From assembly GCF_009914755.1 (NCBI RefSeq), contig NC_060927.1: a stretch of DNA of 64,000 nucleotides. The stretch is one strand, 5' to 3'. The DNA comes from the human T2T-CHM13v2.0 reference genome, Homo sapiens. Both the position numbers and the translations under genes were made by a program. The notes beneath the pieces were generated by a model. It was not told the DNA's origin, ran no database searches, and worked only from the letters and a program-made list of their open reading frames with translations. This document shows, one piece after another, positions 31,659 through 47,430 of this stretch; the stretch's first letter is position 1; each line of letters starts with the position of its first letter.

Positions 31659-31772
31659 CCAGTTTTTCCTTTCCTTTAGAAATATAAGGATAAAATCTAG
31701 ATAAAATCAGCATTTTTAACTGCAAGAAAAATCAATAAAGTTATATAAAACAGGCCTCACATATTCATTTCT
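31659..31772 (+). repeat. 114-bp local duplication, copy 2
   Basis: Direct repeat of 29021-29134, preceded by nested inverted repeats at 31608-31640. Confidence 0.92.
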
Positions 31773-32146
31773 AGTTTTTGTAAACACAGTGTAGTCTAAC
31801 TATATTTGTATTTAGGCTATGCATAAAAAGAAATCATTAACTAATTCTCCCTTGTTATATATATTTTAACTACTTTTTTTCCAGAATCAAAGGTGCTTAG
31901 AAATAGCCACCTTTAACTTCATAAGTATTTATGATACACCTACTATATGTGTGGCACTTTGCCAGATATAGGGATGGTGTTAAACAAATTTCCAACTCAG
32001 TGTTGGTACACAGCTACAAATGAACGTCTAGATTAAACTGGGTGTTTAGAGGAAGGTAGGATAGCTATATGTTTGAAGTACTCCCAAAAAACGTTTAAGC
32101 GAAACCTTAGAGACAGAAGGAGTTGACCATTTAAATAAGTCAAAGA

Positions 32147-32416
32147 TTGGGAGGCCGAGGTGGGCGGACCACAAGGTCAGGAGATCGAGACCATGCTGGC
32201 TAACACGGTGAAGCCCCATCTCTACTAAAAATACAAAAAATTAGCCGGGCGTGGTGGCGGGCACCTTGTAGTCCCAGTTACTCAGGAGGCTGAGGCAGGA
32301 GAAGGCCATGAACCTGGGAGGCGGAGCTTGCAGTGAGCCGAGATCGTGCCACTGCACTCCAGCCTAGGCGATAGAGCAAGACTCTGTCTCAAAAAAAAAA
32401 AAAAAAAAAAAAAAAA
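32147..32416 (+). mobile_element. AluY, slightly 5'-truncated, long A tail
   Basis: Starts at ttgggaggccgagg. Contains GGCTAACACGGTG and GGAGCTTGCAG. TSD AAGTCAAAGA at 32137-46 and 32421-30. Confidence 0.94.
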
Positions 32417-32597
32417 GCGCAAGTCAAAGAGCAGTGGTACTTTGCAGAGAGGAATCTGTGAATGAGAGTGACAGTGATAAAATCAGCCAAACTCCTTCTG
32501 ACTGCAAAGACTAGAATATTTTGATCAATTTTGAGATTTAAAGAGAATATTTAGGTTATTATAGAACTAAGTCTTTTTCTCTTTCTTTCTTTTCTTC

Positions 32598-32600
32598 TAT

Positions 32601-32639
<39 letters not shown>

Positions 32640-32926
32640 TTTTTGAGATAGGGTCTCACTCTGTCGCCCAGGCCGGAGTGCAATAGTGTGATCTCGGCTT
32701 AGTGCAACCTCTGATTCCTGGGCTCAAATGATCCCCCCATTTCAGCCTCCTAAGTAGCTGGAACTACAATCATGTACCGCCATGCCCAGCTAATTTTTGC
32801 AGTTTTTATATAGACGATGTTTTGCCATGTTACCCAGGCTGGTCTCAAACTCCTGGGCTCAAGTGATCCGCCCACCTCGCCCTCCCCAAGTGTTGAGATT
32901 ACAGGCGTGAGCCACTGCTCCTGGCC
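32598..32926 (-). mobile_element. AluJ-like element with (TTTA)n tail
   Basis: Antisense Alu with cctgggctcaaatgatcc and ctcctgggctcaagtgatcc. The tail has become a microsatellite. Confidence 0.92.
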
Positions 32927-33710
32927 TTCTTCAACAGAAAATTTTTATTAAAAAATTATAAAGGAAGTTTTAAATGTATTGAGCATAGTGTATGTTAATG
33001 TTCTCCCATTCCCAGAGTATCGTGATAAGTCAAAGGCCAAGTTCATTAAGTTACATGCTCCATCAGGCAAGAGAGTATAGTAATAGAAGTCCTATCAGGA
33101 AGTTCATTCATTTGTTATTTATTTATTATTTCATGAAATATTTATTCCATGGAAATTAAGCTAGGTGTCAGGAACACAAAGATATACTCTGTTTATTCAG
33201 GGGACATAGGCCAATACACCCAGTGACAACTTGTCAAGAGCGCCAATGGAAGTAAATCCAGAGATTGGTTGCTTAATCATCTTCTCTACATCTCTCCAAA
33301 ATGCTGTCCCACTTCTCAGACAATATTTGAAATGTTCAAAGAAAGCTGATTCCTTGCCCTGCTCATTATCTTTATTTTTTCTAGTGACATAATCTACATA
33401 ACTCATATTACCATGCTGTTTCCATAATCTATGAAATTTAAGCCATTAATAATATTTTTTAGCTAGGATGAATTATAGACATGAGTGCTTTCAATTTTTA
33501 TTTGGTGTGTGCATGTGTGTTTGTGTGTGTGTGGCGGTGTGTTGGTACTTCTATGTGCAACGTATGTGAGATTATTTAGTACTGTTCTAGATTGTGGTTT
33601 TACCCTATTTTATGCCTCTTTTTTGGAAATGAAATACCCCTATACTCCAAAACTTAGGAATAAGCTTCAGTTTCTGTTTCCTGTAATTACTAGAATTTTT
33701 AAATAATTTT

Positions 33711-34637
33711 CATATGCAAAAGTCAATTCAAGATGGATTAAAGACTTAAATGTAAAACCCAAAACTGTAGAAACCCTAGAAGAAAACCTAGGTAATACGA
33801 TTCAGGACATAGGCACAGGCAAAGATTTCATGACGAAGACACCAAAAGCAATTACTAAAAAAGCGAAAATTGACAAATGGGATCTAATTAAACTAAAGAG
33901 ATTCTGCACAGTAAAGAAATTATCAACAGAGAAAACAGACAATCTATCAAATGGAAGAAAATGTTTGGAATCTATCCATCTGACAAAGGTCTAATATCCA
34001 ACATCTCTAAGGAACTTAAACCAATTTATAAGAAAAAACTACCTCATTAAAAAGTAGGCAAAAGACATGAACAGGCACTTCTCAAAAGAAGACATAAATG
34101 CAGCCAACAAACATATATAAAAAAGCTCATCATCACTGGTCATTAGAGAAATGCAAATCAAAATCGCAATGAGATACCATCTCACATCAGTCAGAATGGC
34201 TATTATTAAAAAGTCAAAAAACAACAGAGGCTGGTGAGGTTGTGAAGAAAAAAGAATGCTTTTACACTGTCGATGGGAGTGTAAATTAGTTTAATAATTG
34301 TGAAAGAGAATGTGGCAATTCCTCAAAAACCTAGAGGCAGAAATACCATGTGACCCAACAATCCCATTACTGGGTATATATCCAAAGGAATATTAATTGT
34401 CCTATTATAAAGGTACATGCACACATATGTTCCTTGCAGCACTATTCGCAAATAGCAAAGACATGAAATCAACCAAAGTGCCCATCAAAGATAGACTGGA
34501 TAAAGAAAATGGGGGTACATATAGGCCATGGAATACTATGCAGCCAATAAAAGGAATGAGTTATGTCCTTTGCAGGACAGGATGGATCTGGGAGCCATTA
34601 CCCTCAACAACTAATGCGTTTGTTTGGTTTCCTGTGT
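33711..34637 (+). mobile_element. Older primate L1 (L1PA/PB) ORF2 3' fragment; terminal 24 bp inverted
   Basis: caattcaagatggattaaagacttaaatgtaaaacc...gagataccatctcacatcagtcagaatggc matches the L1 ORF2 C-terminal region, with many disablements. Confidence 0.88.
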
Positions 34638-34648
34638 CAAATACATGT

Positions 34649-34841
34649 TGTATTAATCAGAGTTGTCTAGAGGGACAGAACTAGTGGAATATATATATAT
34701 ATATATTTATTCAGCTTCTGTTTCCTGTAATTACTAGAATTTTTAAATAATTTTCATATGCAAAAATCAAAACGCATGTGTGATGGTTAATACTGAGTGT
34801 CAACTTGATTGGATTGAAGGATACAAAGTATTGATCCTGGG
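34649..34841. mobile_element. MLT2A (HERV-L LTR) termini in opposite orientations
   Basis: 34649-34705 is the reverse complement of the MLT2A 3' end (...AGTTCTGTCCCTCTAGACAACTCTGATTAATACA). 34779-34841 is the MLT2A 5' end, TGTGATGGTTAATACTGAGTGTCAACTTGATTGGATTGAAGG. Confidence 0.8.
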
Positions 34842-35069
34842 ATGATCTGCGCAGCAACTTTATATCTCCTTATATATATATATATATAAAGTTCGAAAAA
34901 TAGTAATTTTTATAATTACCTTTTGTAATTTTAATTCACATTCATTAAATTTTTTGTAAATTTAATTAATTTGATAATTACTAAATATTTAGGAATTATA
35001 TATGAGAAGACCATTCAAAAATTTTAACTAGACAAATAAAGGAAAGCCAAAGTCCCCTAACTACTAGTT

Positions 35070-35975
35070 AGAGGTTTCTTGTAAAATTGCTGTATTTATT
35101 GTGCCAAAGAAAAGATGTGTTCAAAGGTAATGGGTACATGTCAAAATGACATAGGAACCAGCTTTGAGGGGCTCCCATTAGCCATATGTGGGACAATTGT
35201 AGCATCAAAATATGGCAGTAAAAGATTATAACCACTGAAATAAAATAAGAACCCACGAGTCCATAATGGTATAAACAAATGAATAAGTGAATAAAAGTTG
35301 AAAAGAAGAAAAAGCTTTTTTAACAGCCAATTCCAACTAATAATAAAACAAATGATAACATTAAATTTTCTTAAAGATCATCAACAGACGTTAAGATTAG
35401 TGTGTAAAAGTGATGAAAAAGAAAATGTTCATAGTTTCAATGTATCTATATACTTTATACTTACCCCATGCAAAGGGAAAATAGTAACTTTCTAATGGAG
35501 TAATGGCAAAATTACCACCCTAACCAAACGGTCAATGGGCAAAGCAACATCATGTGCCTCCTGTTGCAGTGCATGGAGATGATACAACATTTCTTCACTA
35601 ATCTTTTACCAGAAATCTGTAACCTGAGTATAATTATGAAGAAACATCAGATAAACCCTAATTGAGAGACATTATATGCAATAACAGACCTATATTCCTC
35701 AAAAAATGTCAAAGTCAAGAAAAATAAAGACCAACGAACTGTTCAAAGTTAAAAGGACTAAATAGAAAACTAAATTCAACATGTGAGTTCAGGTTTGATA
35801 GGAGAGGGAGAGAAAAGAAAGGGAAGGGAGGAAAAGGAAGGAAGGAGAGGGTGGAAGAGGGGAGAGTAAAAGGTATTATGTTGAAGATATGGTTGAAGTT
35901 TAGACAGTAGCTCTTTCCACCATTTTTTAAATGTTTCTGTAATACTGAAAGTATTGAAAAGTTTTAAAATCACTA
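35070..35975 (+). mobile_element. Ancient L1M (L1MC/MD-type) 3' UTR fragment
   Basis: ggtacatgtcaaaatgacataggaaccagctttgaggggctccca...gaagaaacatcagataaaccctaattgagagacatt resembles L1MC/MD 3' ends. Confidence 0.55.
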
Positions 35976-36870
35976 AATCAGTCAGAATAGCTTTTAATTG
36001 AGAAGATTATAATATTATCAGCATGTAATAAATACCAGGTTTTCCTAGTCATTCATTAGGGGGACATTTATCCTCTCAAAAAATCTTAAGATATTAGAAA
36101 TAAAATATGGAAAATAATCTAGTCTAGCCAACATTCTTGCTAAATTATCTTGTCATTTTTATACATTACCCAGACCTTATCTTATATATTTCTCTTTTTA
36201 TTATTTGTGTCTGTCTCAGGGATCAGCTAGTGTGGAATTAAAGACCATAGCATCCCTCTTTCCCACTCAGACCCAGCTATTTTCAGTTAATCCTTGCTAC
36301 CTCTTTTATGATGATCAGATTTCTCACACATCACCTCTCTCTCTTGCTCTCTCTCTCTCCCTCATTCTCCCTCACCCTCACACTTTTTTTGGAGGAGATG
36401 GCTTTTTTTTTCTACTCTCTTTTTTCGATAGCCTAAGAATTACATCAATTATGTGTATTAGCAATTAAAAAAAATCTATTCTAAAGTAATGAATTGCCAG
36501 CAAATCAAGACACAATGTCCTCTATTTCATCATCATCATAGTATTTTGGCTTACAAAACTGTTTTTATTACAATACAATTAAATGTTTGGTTTCAATTCT
36601 AAGAAACTACCTACAGTGAATACAAACATGTTTCTTACCCTTAGTAGAATTCCTTTTTTTTTTTAATTATACTTTAGGTTTTAGGGTACATGTGCACATT
36701 GTGCAGGTTAGTTACATATGTATACATGTGCCATGCTGGTGCGCTGCACCCACTAAATCGTCATCTAGCATTAGGTATATCTCCCAGTGCTATCCCTCCC
36801 CCCTCCCCCCACCCCACCACAGTCCCCAGAGTGTAATATTCTCCTTCCTGTGTCCATGTGATCTCATTCT

Positions 36871-40692
<3,822 letters not shown>

Positions 40693-40755
40693 TATGATGT
40701 TAGCTGGTGATTTTGCTCGTTAGTTGACGCAGTTTCTTCCTAGTCTTGATGGTCT

Positions 40756-41774
40756 TTACATTTTGGCTTGATTTTGCAGCAGCTGGTACCGGTTGTTCCT
40801 TTCCATGTTTAGCGCTTCCTTCAGGAGCTCTTTTAGGGCAGGCCTGGTGGTGACAAAATCTCTCAGCATTTGCTTGTCTGTAAAGTATTTTATTTCTCCT
40901 TCACTTATGAAGCTTAGTTTGGCTGGATATGAAATTCTGGGTTGAAAAGTCTTTTTTTTAAGAATGTTGTTGAATATTGGCCCCCACTCTCTTCTGGCTT
41001 GTAGGGTTTCTGCCGAGAGATCCGCTGTTAGTCTGATGGGCTTCCCTTTGAGGGTAACCCGACCTTTCTCTCTGGCTGCCCTTAACATTTTTTCCTTCAT
41101 TTCAACTTTGGTGAATCTGACAATTATGTGTATTGGAGTTGCTCTTCTCGAGGAGTATCTTTGTGGCGTTCTCTGTATTTCCTGAATCTGAACGTTGGCC
41201 TGCCTTGCTAGATTGGGAAGTTCTCCTGGATAATATCCTGCAGAGGGTTTTCCAACTTGGTTCCATTCTCCCCATCACTTTCAGGTACACCAATCAGACG
41301 TAGATTTGGTCTTTTCACATAGTCCCATATTTCTTGGAGGCTTTGCTCATTTCTTTTTATTCTTTTTTCTCTAAACTTCCCTTCTCGCTTCATTTCATTC
41401 ATTTCATCTTCCATCGCTGATACCCTTTCTTCTAGTTGATCGCATCGGCTCCTGAGGCTTCTGCATTCTTCACGTAGTTCTCAAGCCTTGGTTTTCAGCT
41501 CCATCAGCTCCTTTAAGCACTTCTCTGTATTGGTTATTCTAGTTATACATTCTTCTAAATTTTTTTCAAAGTTTTCAACTTCTTTGCCTTTGGTTTGAAT
41601 GTCCTCCCGCAGCTCAGAGTAATTTGATCGTCTGAAGCCTTCTCCCCTCAGCTCGTCAAAGTCATTCTCCGTCCAGCTTTGTTCCGTTGCTGGTGAGGAG
41701 CTGCGTTCCTTTGGAGGAGGAGAGGCGCTCTGATTTTTAGAGTTTCCAGTTTTTCTGTTCTGTTTGTTCCCCAT
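40756..41774 (-). pseudogene. L1 ORF1 (RNA-binding protein), disrupted
   Basis: MGNKQNRKTGNSKNQSASPPPKERSSS...REKG...ARR...YPAKLS, split among three ORFs by frameshifts. Confidence 0.95.
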
Positions 41775-42671
41775 CTTTGTGGTTTTATCTACTTTTGGTC
41801 TTTGATGATGGTGATGTACAGATGGGTTTTTGGTGTGGATGTCCTTTCTGTTTGTTAGTTTTCCTTCTAACAGAGAGGACCCTCAGCTGCAGGTCTGTTG
41901 GAATACCCTGCTGTGTGAGGTGTCAGTGTGCCCCTGCTGGGGAGTGCCTCCCATTTAGGCTGCTCGGGGGTCAGGGGTCAGGGACCCACTTGAGGCAGTC
42001 TGCCCGTTCTCAGATCTCCAGCTGCGTGCTGGGAGAACCACTGCTCTCTTCAAAGCTGTCAGACAGGGACATTTAAGTCTGCAGAGGTTATTGCTGTCTT
42101 TTTGTTTGTCTGTGCCCTGCCCCCAGAGGTGGAGCCTACAGAGGCAGGCAGGCCTCCTTGAGCTGTGGTGGGCTCCACCTAGTTCGAGCTTCCCAGCTGC
42201 TTTGTTTACCTAAGCAAGCCTGGGCAATGGCGGGCGCCACTCCCCCAGCCTCGCTGCCGCCTTGCAGTTTGATCTCAGACTGCTGTGCTAGCAATCAGTG
42301 AGACTCCGTGGGCGTAGGACCCTCCGAGCCAGGTGCGGGATGTAATCTTGTGGTGCGCCGTTTTTTAAGCCGGTCCGAAAAGCACAATATTCGGATGGGA
42401 GTGACCCGATTTTCCAGGTGCGTCCGTCACCCCTTTCTTTGACTCGGAAAGGGAACTCCCTGACGCCTTGCGCTTCCCAAGTGAGGCAATGCCTCGCCCT
42501 GTTTCGGCTCGCACACGGTGCGCGCACCCACTGACCTGCGCCCACTGTCTGGCACTCCCTAGTGAGATGAACCCGGTACCTCAGATGGAAATGCAGAAAT
42601 CACCCGTCTTCTGCATCACTCATGCTGGGAGCTGTAGACCGGAGCTGTTCCTATCCGGCCATCTTTTTTCC
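41775..42671. promoter_or_regulatory. L1 5' UTR: internal sense promoter (-) and antisense promoter/ORF0 region (+), CpG-rich
   Basis: Many CpGs retained at 42180-42660. ORF0 ATG at 42227 (ATGGCGGGCGCC). Donors CAG|GTGCGG after 42332 and CAG|GTGCGT after 42417. Confidence 0.8.
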
Positions 42672-42734
42672 GAATTCCTTAAATTTGTTTATTGTATAAC
42701 AAAATACTCTTACTCTACCTAAAACTAAGAAGGC

Positions 42735-42770
<36 letters not shown>

Positions 42771-43022
42771 TATAGCCAAAGTATTTTTATACAACATCTA
42801 TATATATATGTTGTCCTCTTAGTTTTAGGTAAAGAGTATTTTGTTATAATATATATATACGTATATATGTATATATGTGTATATATGTATATATGTATAT
42901 ATGTGTATATATGTATATATGTGTATGTGTATATATGTGTATAAGTATATATATGTATATATGTATATATATATTGCCCTCAGTGCATATATATGTGTGT
43001 GTGTGTATATATATATATATAT
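42735..43022. repeat. (TA)n/(TATG)n low-complexity tract with embedded inverted repeats
   Basis: Runs of TATATA and TATATG are directly visible. Confidence 0.95.
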
Positions 43023-43703
43023 TTTTTTTTTCTTTCCAACTTTTATTTTAGGTGCAGTGGCTATATGTGCAGGTTTGTTACATGGGTAAATTGCATGTCA
43101 AGGGGGTTTAATGTACAGATTATTTTGTGACCAAGGTAATGAACATAGTATCTGATAGTTTTTTCAATCTTCACCCTCCCCCTAGCCTCCACCCTGAAGT
43201 AGGCCCTGGTGTCTATAGTTCCCTTCTTTGTGTCCATGTGTATTCAATATTTAACCTCCACTTACAGGTGAGAAGATGCAGTATTCTGTTTTCTGCTCTT
43301 GTGTTAATTTGCGTAGGATAATGGCTTCAAGCTCCATCCACGTTGCTGCAAAAGTCATGATTTTGTTCTTTTTTATGGCTGCATATATTTCCACAGTGTA
43401 TATGTACGACATTTTCTTTATCCAATCCACCACTGATGGGTATCTATGTTGATTCCATGTCTTTGCTATTGTGAATAGTGCTGCAATGAACATACATGTG
43501 TATGTGTCTTCATGGCAAAACTATTTATATTCCTTTGAGTATATACCCGGTAGTGGGATTGCTAGGTCAAACGGTATTTCTATTTTAAGTTCTTCAAGAA
43601 ATCTCTAAACTGCTTTCTACAGTAGCTGAACTAATATCATTCCACAAGTAGTGTATAAGCATTCCTTGTGATTCACAACCTTGCCAGCATGTTATTTTTT
43701 GAA
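43022..43703 (-). mobile_element. Older L1 3' end (L1PA13-16/L1PB-like), 5'-truncated
   Basis: T tail, then ccaacttttatttta...gtgcaggtttgttacatgggtaaattgcatgtc. The ORF at 43251-43493 translates to an L1 ORF2 C-terminus. Confidence 0.85.
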
Positions 43704-44102
43704 CATATGTATTTTGAGATGCTTTGCCAACTCTTTTCCATGGAATAGTTTAAAAATGTGGTAAATTTAACCCTATTTTGTATATTATAAATATTTAACT
43801 TTTTGTAATTTTTAAAAACTTTTTTCTTTTAATTCTTCTTGACTTCATTTTTTTCAGTAAAAATGGATAAGTGGTTTATTCTACTTAATGAAATAGGTGA
43901 CAATAAAGAAAACGTCAAATTTGTTAGTTGATTATAGCCACAGTATTTTTATACAACATATATTAAGCCCCCTGCATACTAAAAACATTATCTCTTCTAA
44001 TAATGATAATTTTATGGGGTGGGTACTATTACTGATATTGTCTATTAGGAAACCAAAACTCAGAGGGACTAACTAATTGACACAGTAATTTGCTCACAAA
44101 CC

Positions 44103-44419
44103 TGTGTTAGTCTGTTTGTGTCGCTATAAAGGAATACGTAAGGCTGGATAATTTATAAAGCAAAAAGATTTATTTGGCTCATGGTTCTGCAGTTCTGTAC
44201 AAGAAACATCACAGCAGCATCTACTTCTGGTGAGAGCCTCTGGCTTCCACTCATGGTGGGAGGCAAAGAGGAACCATTGTGTCATATGAGGAGTGGAACA
44301 AGCCATTCATGAAGGATCTGCTTCCATGACCCAAACTCCTCCTAATAGGCCCCACCTCCTACACTGGGGATCAATTTTCAACCTGAGATTGGGAGGAAAC
44401 AGATATCCAAACTATACTA
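44103..44419 (-). mobile_element. MaLR LTR (MSTB-like)
   Basis: tgtgttagtctgtttgtgtcgctataaaggaatac...tttatttggctcatggttctgcag...aggccccacctcc...atatccaaactata. Confidence 0.82.
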
Positions 44420-46132
44420 ACATCCTGGTTATCCTAAGACTGGCTGTCTTTTTACCACACTAAATGTTGGGGGAATCTCAAGAGTCTCTCAAACTTTAGG
44501 ACCTTGGCCTGTATTCTAGACCAGTATTCTGGGATAGCCTACTGGGCCACATGTCCTCTTATCTCATCTCGGATAAGCCCCACCCAGGATTGTCCTATTT
44601 TCCTCTCTTCAAAACTAATGCTACCCACACTGCATCTTAGAGTACTTTCCCTCAAGATTGGCTGCTGAGAGGGATTTTTCCTAAGTTCTCACTTCATTGC
44701 TGCCATCTAAGAAAGACACATAGACCTCTTTCATTTGAAAAGTTTAATTATTAGTCTTCATGTGTTAATAGAAAATTATAACATTAATGCTGTCCTTTAT
44801 TCAGCAAACATGTATATAATGACTATCTGGGGACAATTACAGTGGATAGAGCTTCTAGTCCAGAAAAAAATGGAATATGAATTACATAAATAGTACATTA
44901 CAAAGCACACACACACATAGTTTACAATGGGAACACTTAAGAGAGATAAAAATAAATATTGAACAGTTAGAAAATTGCAAAATTTGTATAGTTTTTATTG
45001 TTCCTGAAGCTACATAGTATAATTCTGAAGTATATAGTTCCTGAGGACCTTTCTTATATGATAGACATTGTCGTTTCTTCAATGTCATGCTTCGAAGTGC
45101 ACTATGTCTTTAAATCACAAGACATATTCCCGCACAATCAAAGCAATTAGAAATGAAGAATATGATTTCCTTTGATTCAAAAGGCCTTTTAGAAGAGATA
45201 TTCTTCTTTTTTCACTTCTTTGTGAAAGCAGTTATTCAAACTGCACAGGAACTTCGTGAACTTTGAATACCAGGTTTGTTGTCCAGATGCATATAGACAG
45301 GAAGTACACAATAGCCTAAATCAGGGAGTGCTGGATAAACTTTTCTTAAGATGCAGGCCCAGAAAACGCTAACAGCCTTAAATTGTGGTGAAGAATATGT
45401 GGTTGGTGATGGGGACTGGAGCTGGGGGTTACTTTCTCCCTAGTATCTTGGGGCATTCTTGAAATGGGAATGGTATTCATGATTCAGAGCTAAGTAAATT
45501 AGGGCCCTTTTTTCTAACCATTACAACCTAAATTGGGAAGAAATTTGGTTAAAATAAATACTTCGGTCTTATTTGGGGGAAGGAGTTACAAGATGTTAAC
45601 ATTGAGTGTAACATAGAAGGAACAATCTCACCTCTTTACCTTGTAGATGGTGAAAGTTTGGAATTTGGAAACTGCAAACCAAAGAAATAGCTATAGGTGT
45701 TTTCTTTCCAGGCATCTATTTACAGTCATCTTCTTCTTTCCCACTGTACTCCCCCGTGTCCAGCTGTCGGTAATCAGAAGCCATGACCAGCAACACAGTG
45801 TGTTATTTCTGAGACAAGTCATTAAAGAGCAAATTGTCTTAGAACAAATTGATAAATAGATTCACCAAAACATAAAATTTTGGAAATACCATCAAGTTGT
45901 TTGATGTTAAGATATTAACCTCATTTCAGAGCCAGGTTTTTTTTTTTCCAAAGGATACACATAAAAAGGAAAATATTTTTACTTTATCCTTCATTGCTTT
46001 CTAAGAAGAATTTAGACAGTAACCTTCAAGGGAACCCAATAGCAAGGAAGCCAGCTATATATGGTGAATAATTAAATGCTGTGTGTGTGTGCTTTACCCT
46101 CACACAGAACACAAGTTGTCCAATTTGGAGAA

Positions 46133-47430
46133 TTTTTTTATTATTATAGTAAAAAAATTTAACATTAAATTTATCATTATTACCATTTTTACATATACTG
46201 TTCAGTAACTGTATTAATATATTAAGTATATTCACATTGTTTAGCAACAGATCTCTAGAACTTTTTCATACAACACTGAAACTCTATACTCATTAAATAC
46301 TAATTCCCCCTTCCCCTTTCTCCACAGCTCTTGGTAACCACCTTTCTAATATCTGTTTCTATGATTGTGACTACTTTAGATATTTCATATGAGTAGAATC
46401 CTACAGTATTTGCTTTTTTTGTGACTGGCTTATTTCACATAGCACATTGTCTTCAGAGGCTCATCCATGTTGTAGCATGTAACAAGATTTGCTTCTTTTT
46501 TAAAGCTACACAATATTCCATCATATGTATATTTTCTTTATCTGTATTTTCTTTATACATTGATCTGTCAATGAACACTTGGGTTGCTTCCTCTTGGCTA
46601 TTATAAATAGTACTTAGATGAACATGGACTTGCAAATTTCTCATTGGGATCCTGCTTTGAATTCTTTTGTATATATACCCAGAAGAACGATGCTGAATCA
46701 TATACTAATCCTATGTTTAATTTTTTGAGGAATCTCCAAACTATTTTTGATAAGGGTTACATGTTTTACATTCCCACCAAAACAAGGGTTGCAAATCTTC
46801 TACATCCTTTCCTATTTTGTGATTGATAGTAGTCATCCTGTGGGTGTGAGGGGATATCACAGTGTGGGTTTGATTTGCATTTTTTAATGATTAGTGATGT
46901 TGAATATCTTTTCATGTGTTTATTGTCCATTTGTATATCATCTCTTTGAAGAAATATCTATTTAAGTGCTTTGCCCATTTTTTAATTAGGTTATTTGGGT
47001 TTTTTGTTGTTGTTGTTTAGTTGTAAAAATTTCTGGATATTAATACTTTATCAAATATATAATTTGCAATTGTTTTCTCCCATTCTGTTGGTTTCCTTTC
47101 TTTTTTTTTTTTTTGATGTGCAGATGTTTTGAAGTTTGATGTAGTCTTATTTGTTTATTTTTTTTTTTTCCTGTGCTTTTGGTTTAATATCCAAGAAATC
47201 ATTGCCACATCGAATTTCCTGAAATTCTTAATCTATATTTTATTTTAGGAGTTTAATAGTTTTGGGTTTTTTCATTTTGAGTTAATTTTTATATGGTGTA
47301 TGCTAAGAGTCCAACTTCATTGTTCTATATCTGGATATCCAGTTTTCCCAGCATCATTTGTTGAAGAAACTGTTCTTTTGCCATTGCATAGTCTTGGCAC
47401 CTTTGTCAAGAATCATTTGGCCATATATGC
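46133..47430 (-). mobile_element. Old L1MA/MB 3' fragment
   Basis: Typical antisense L1M 3' UTR (cacattgtttagcaac...ggtaaccacctttcta...gtgactggcttatttcac), continuing into decayed ORF2. Confidence 0.8.

Noticed and set aside
42750-43089. YI/YM-repeat ORFs
   Set aside because: Artefacts of the (TA)/(TATG) microsatellite.
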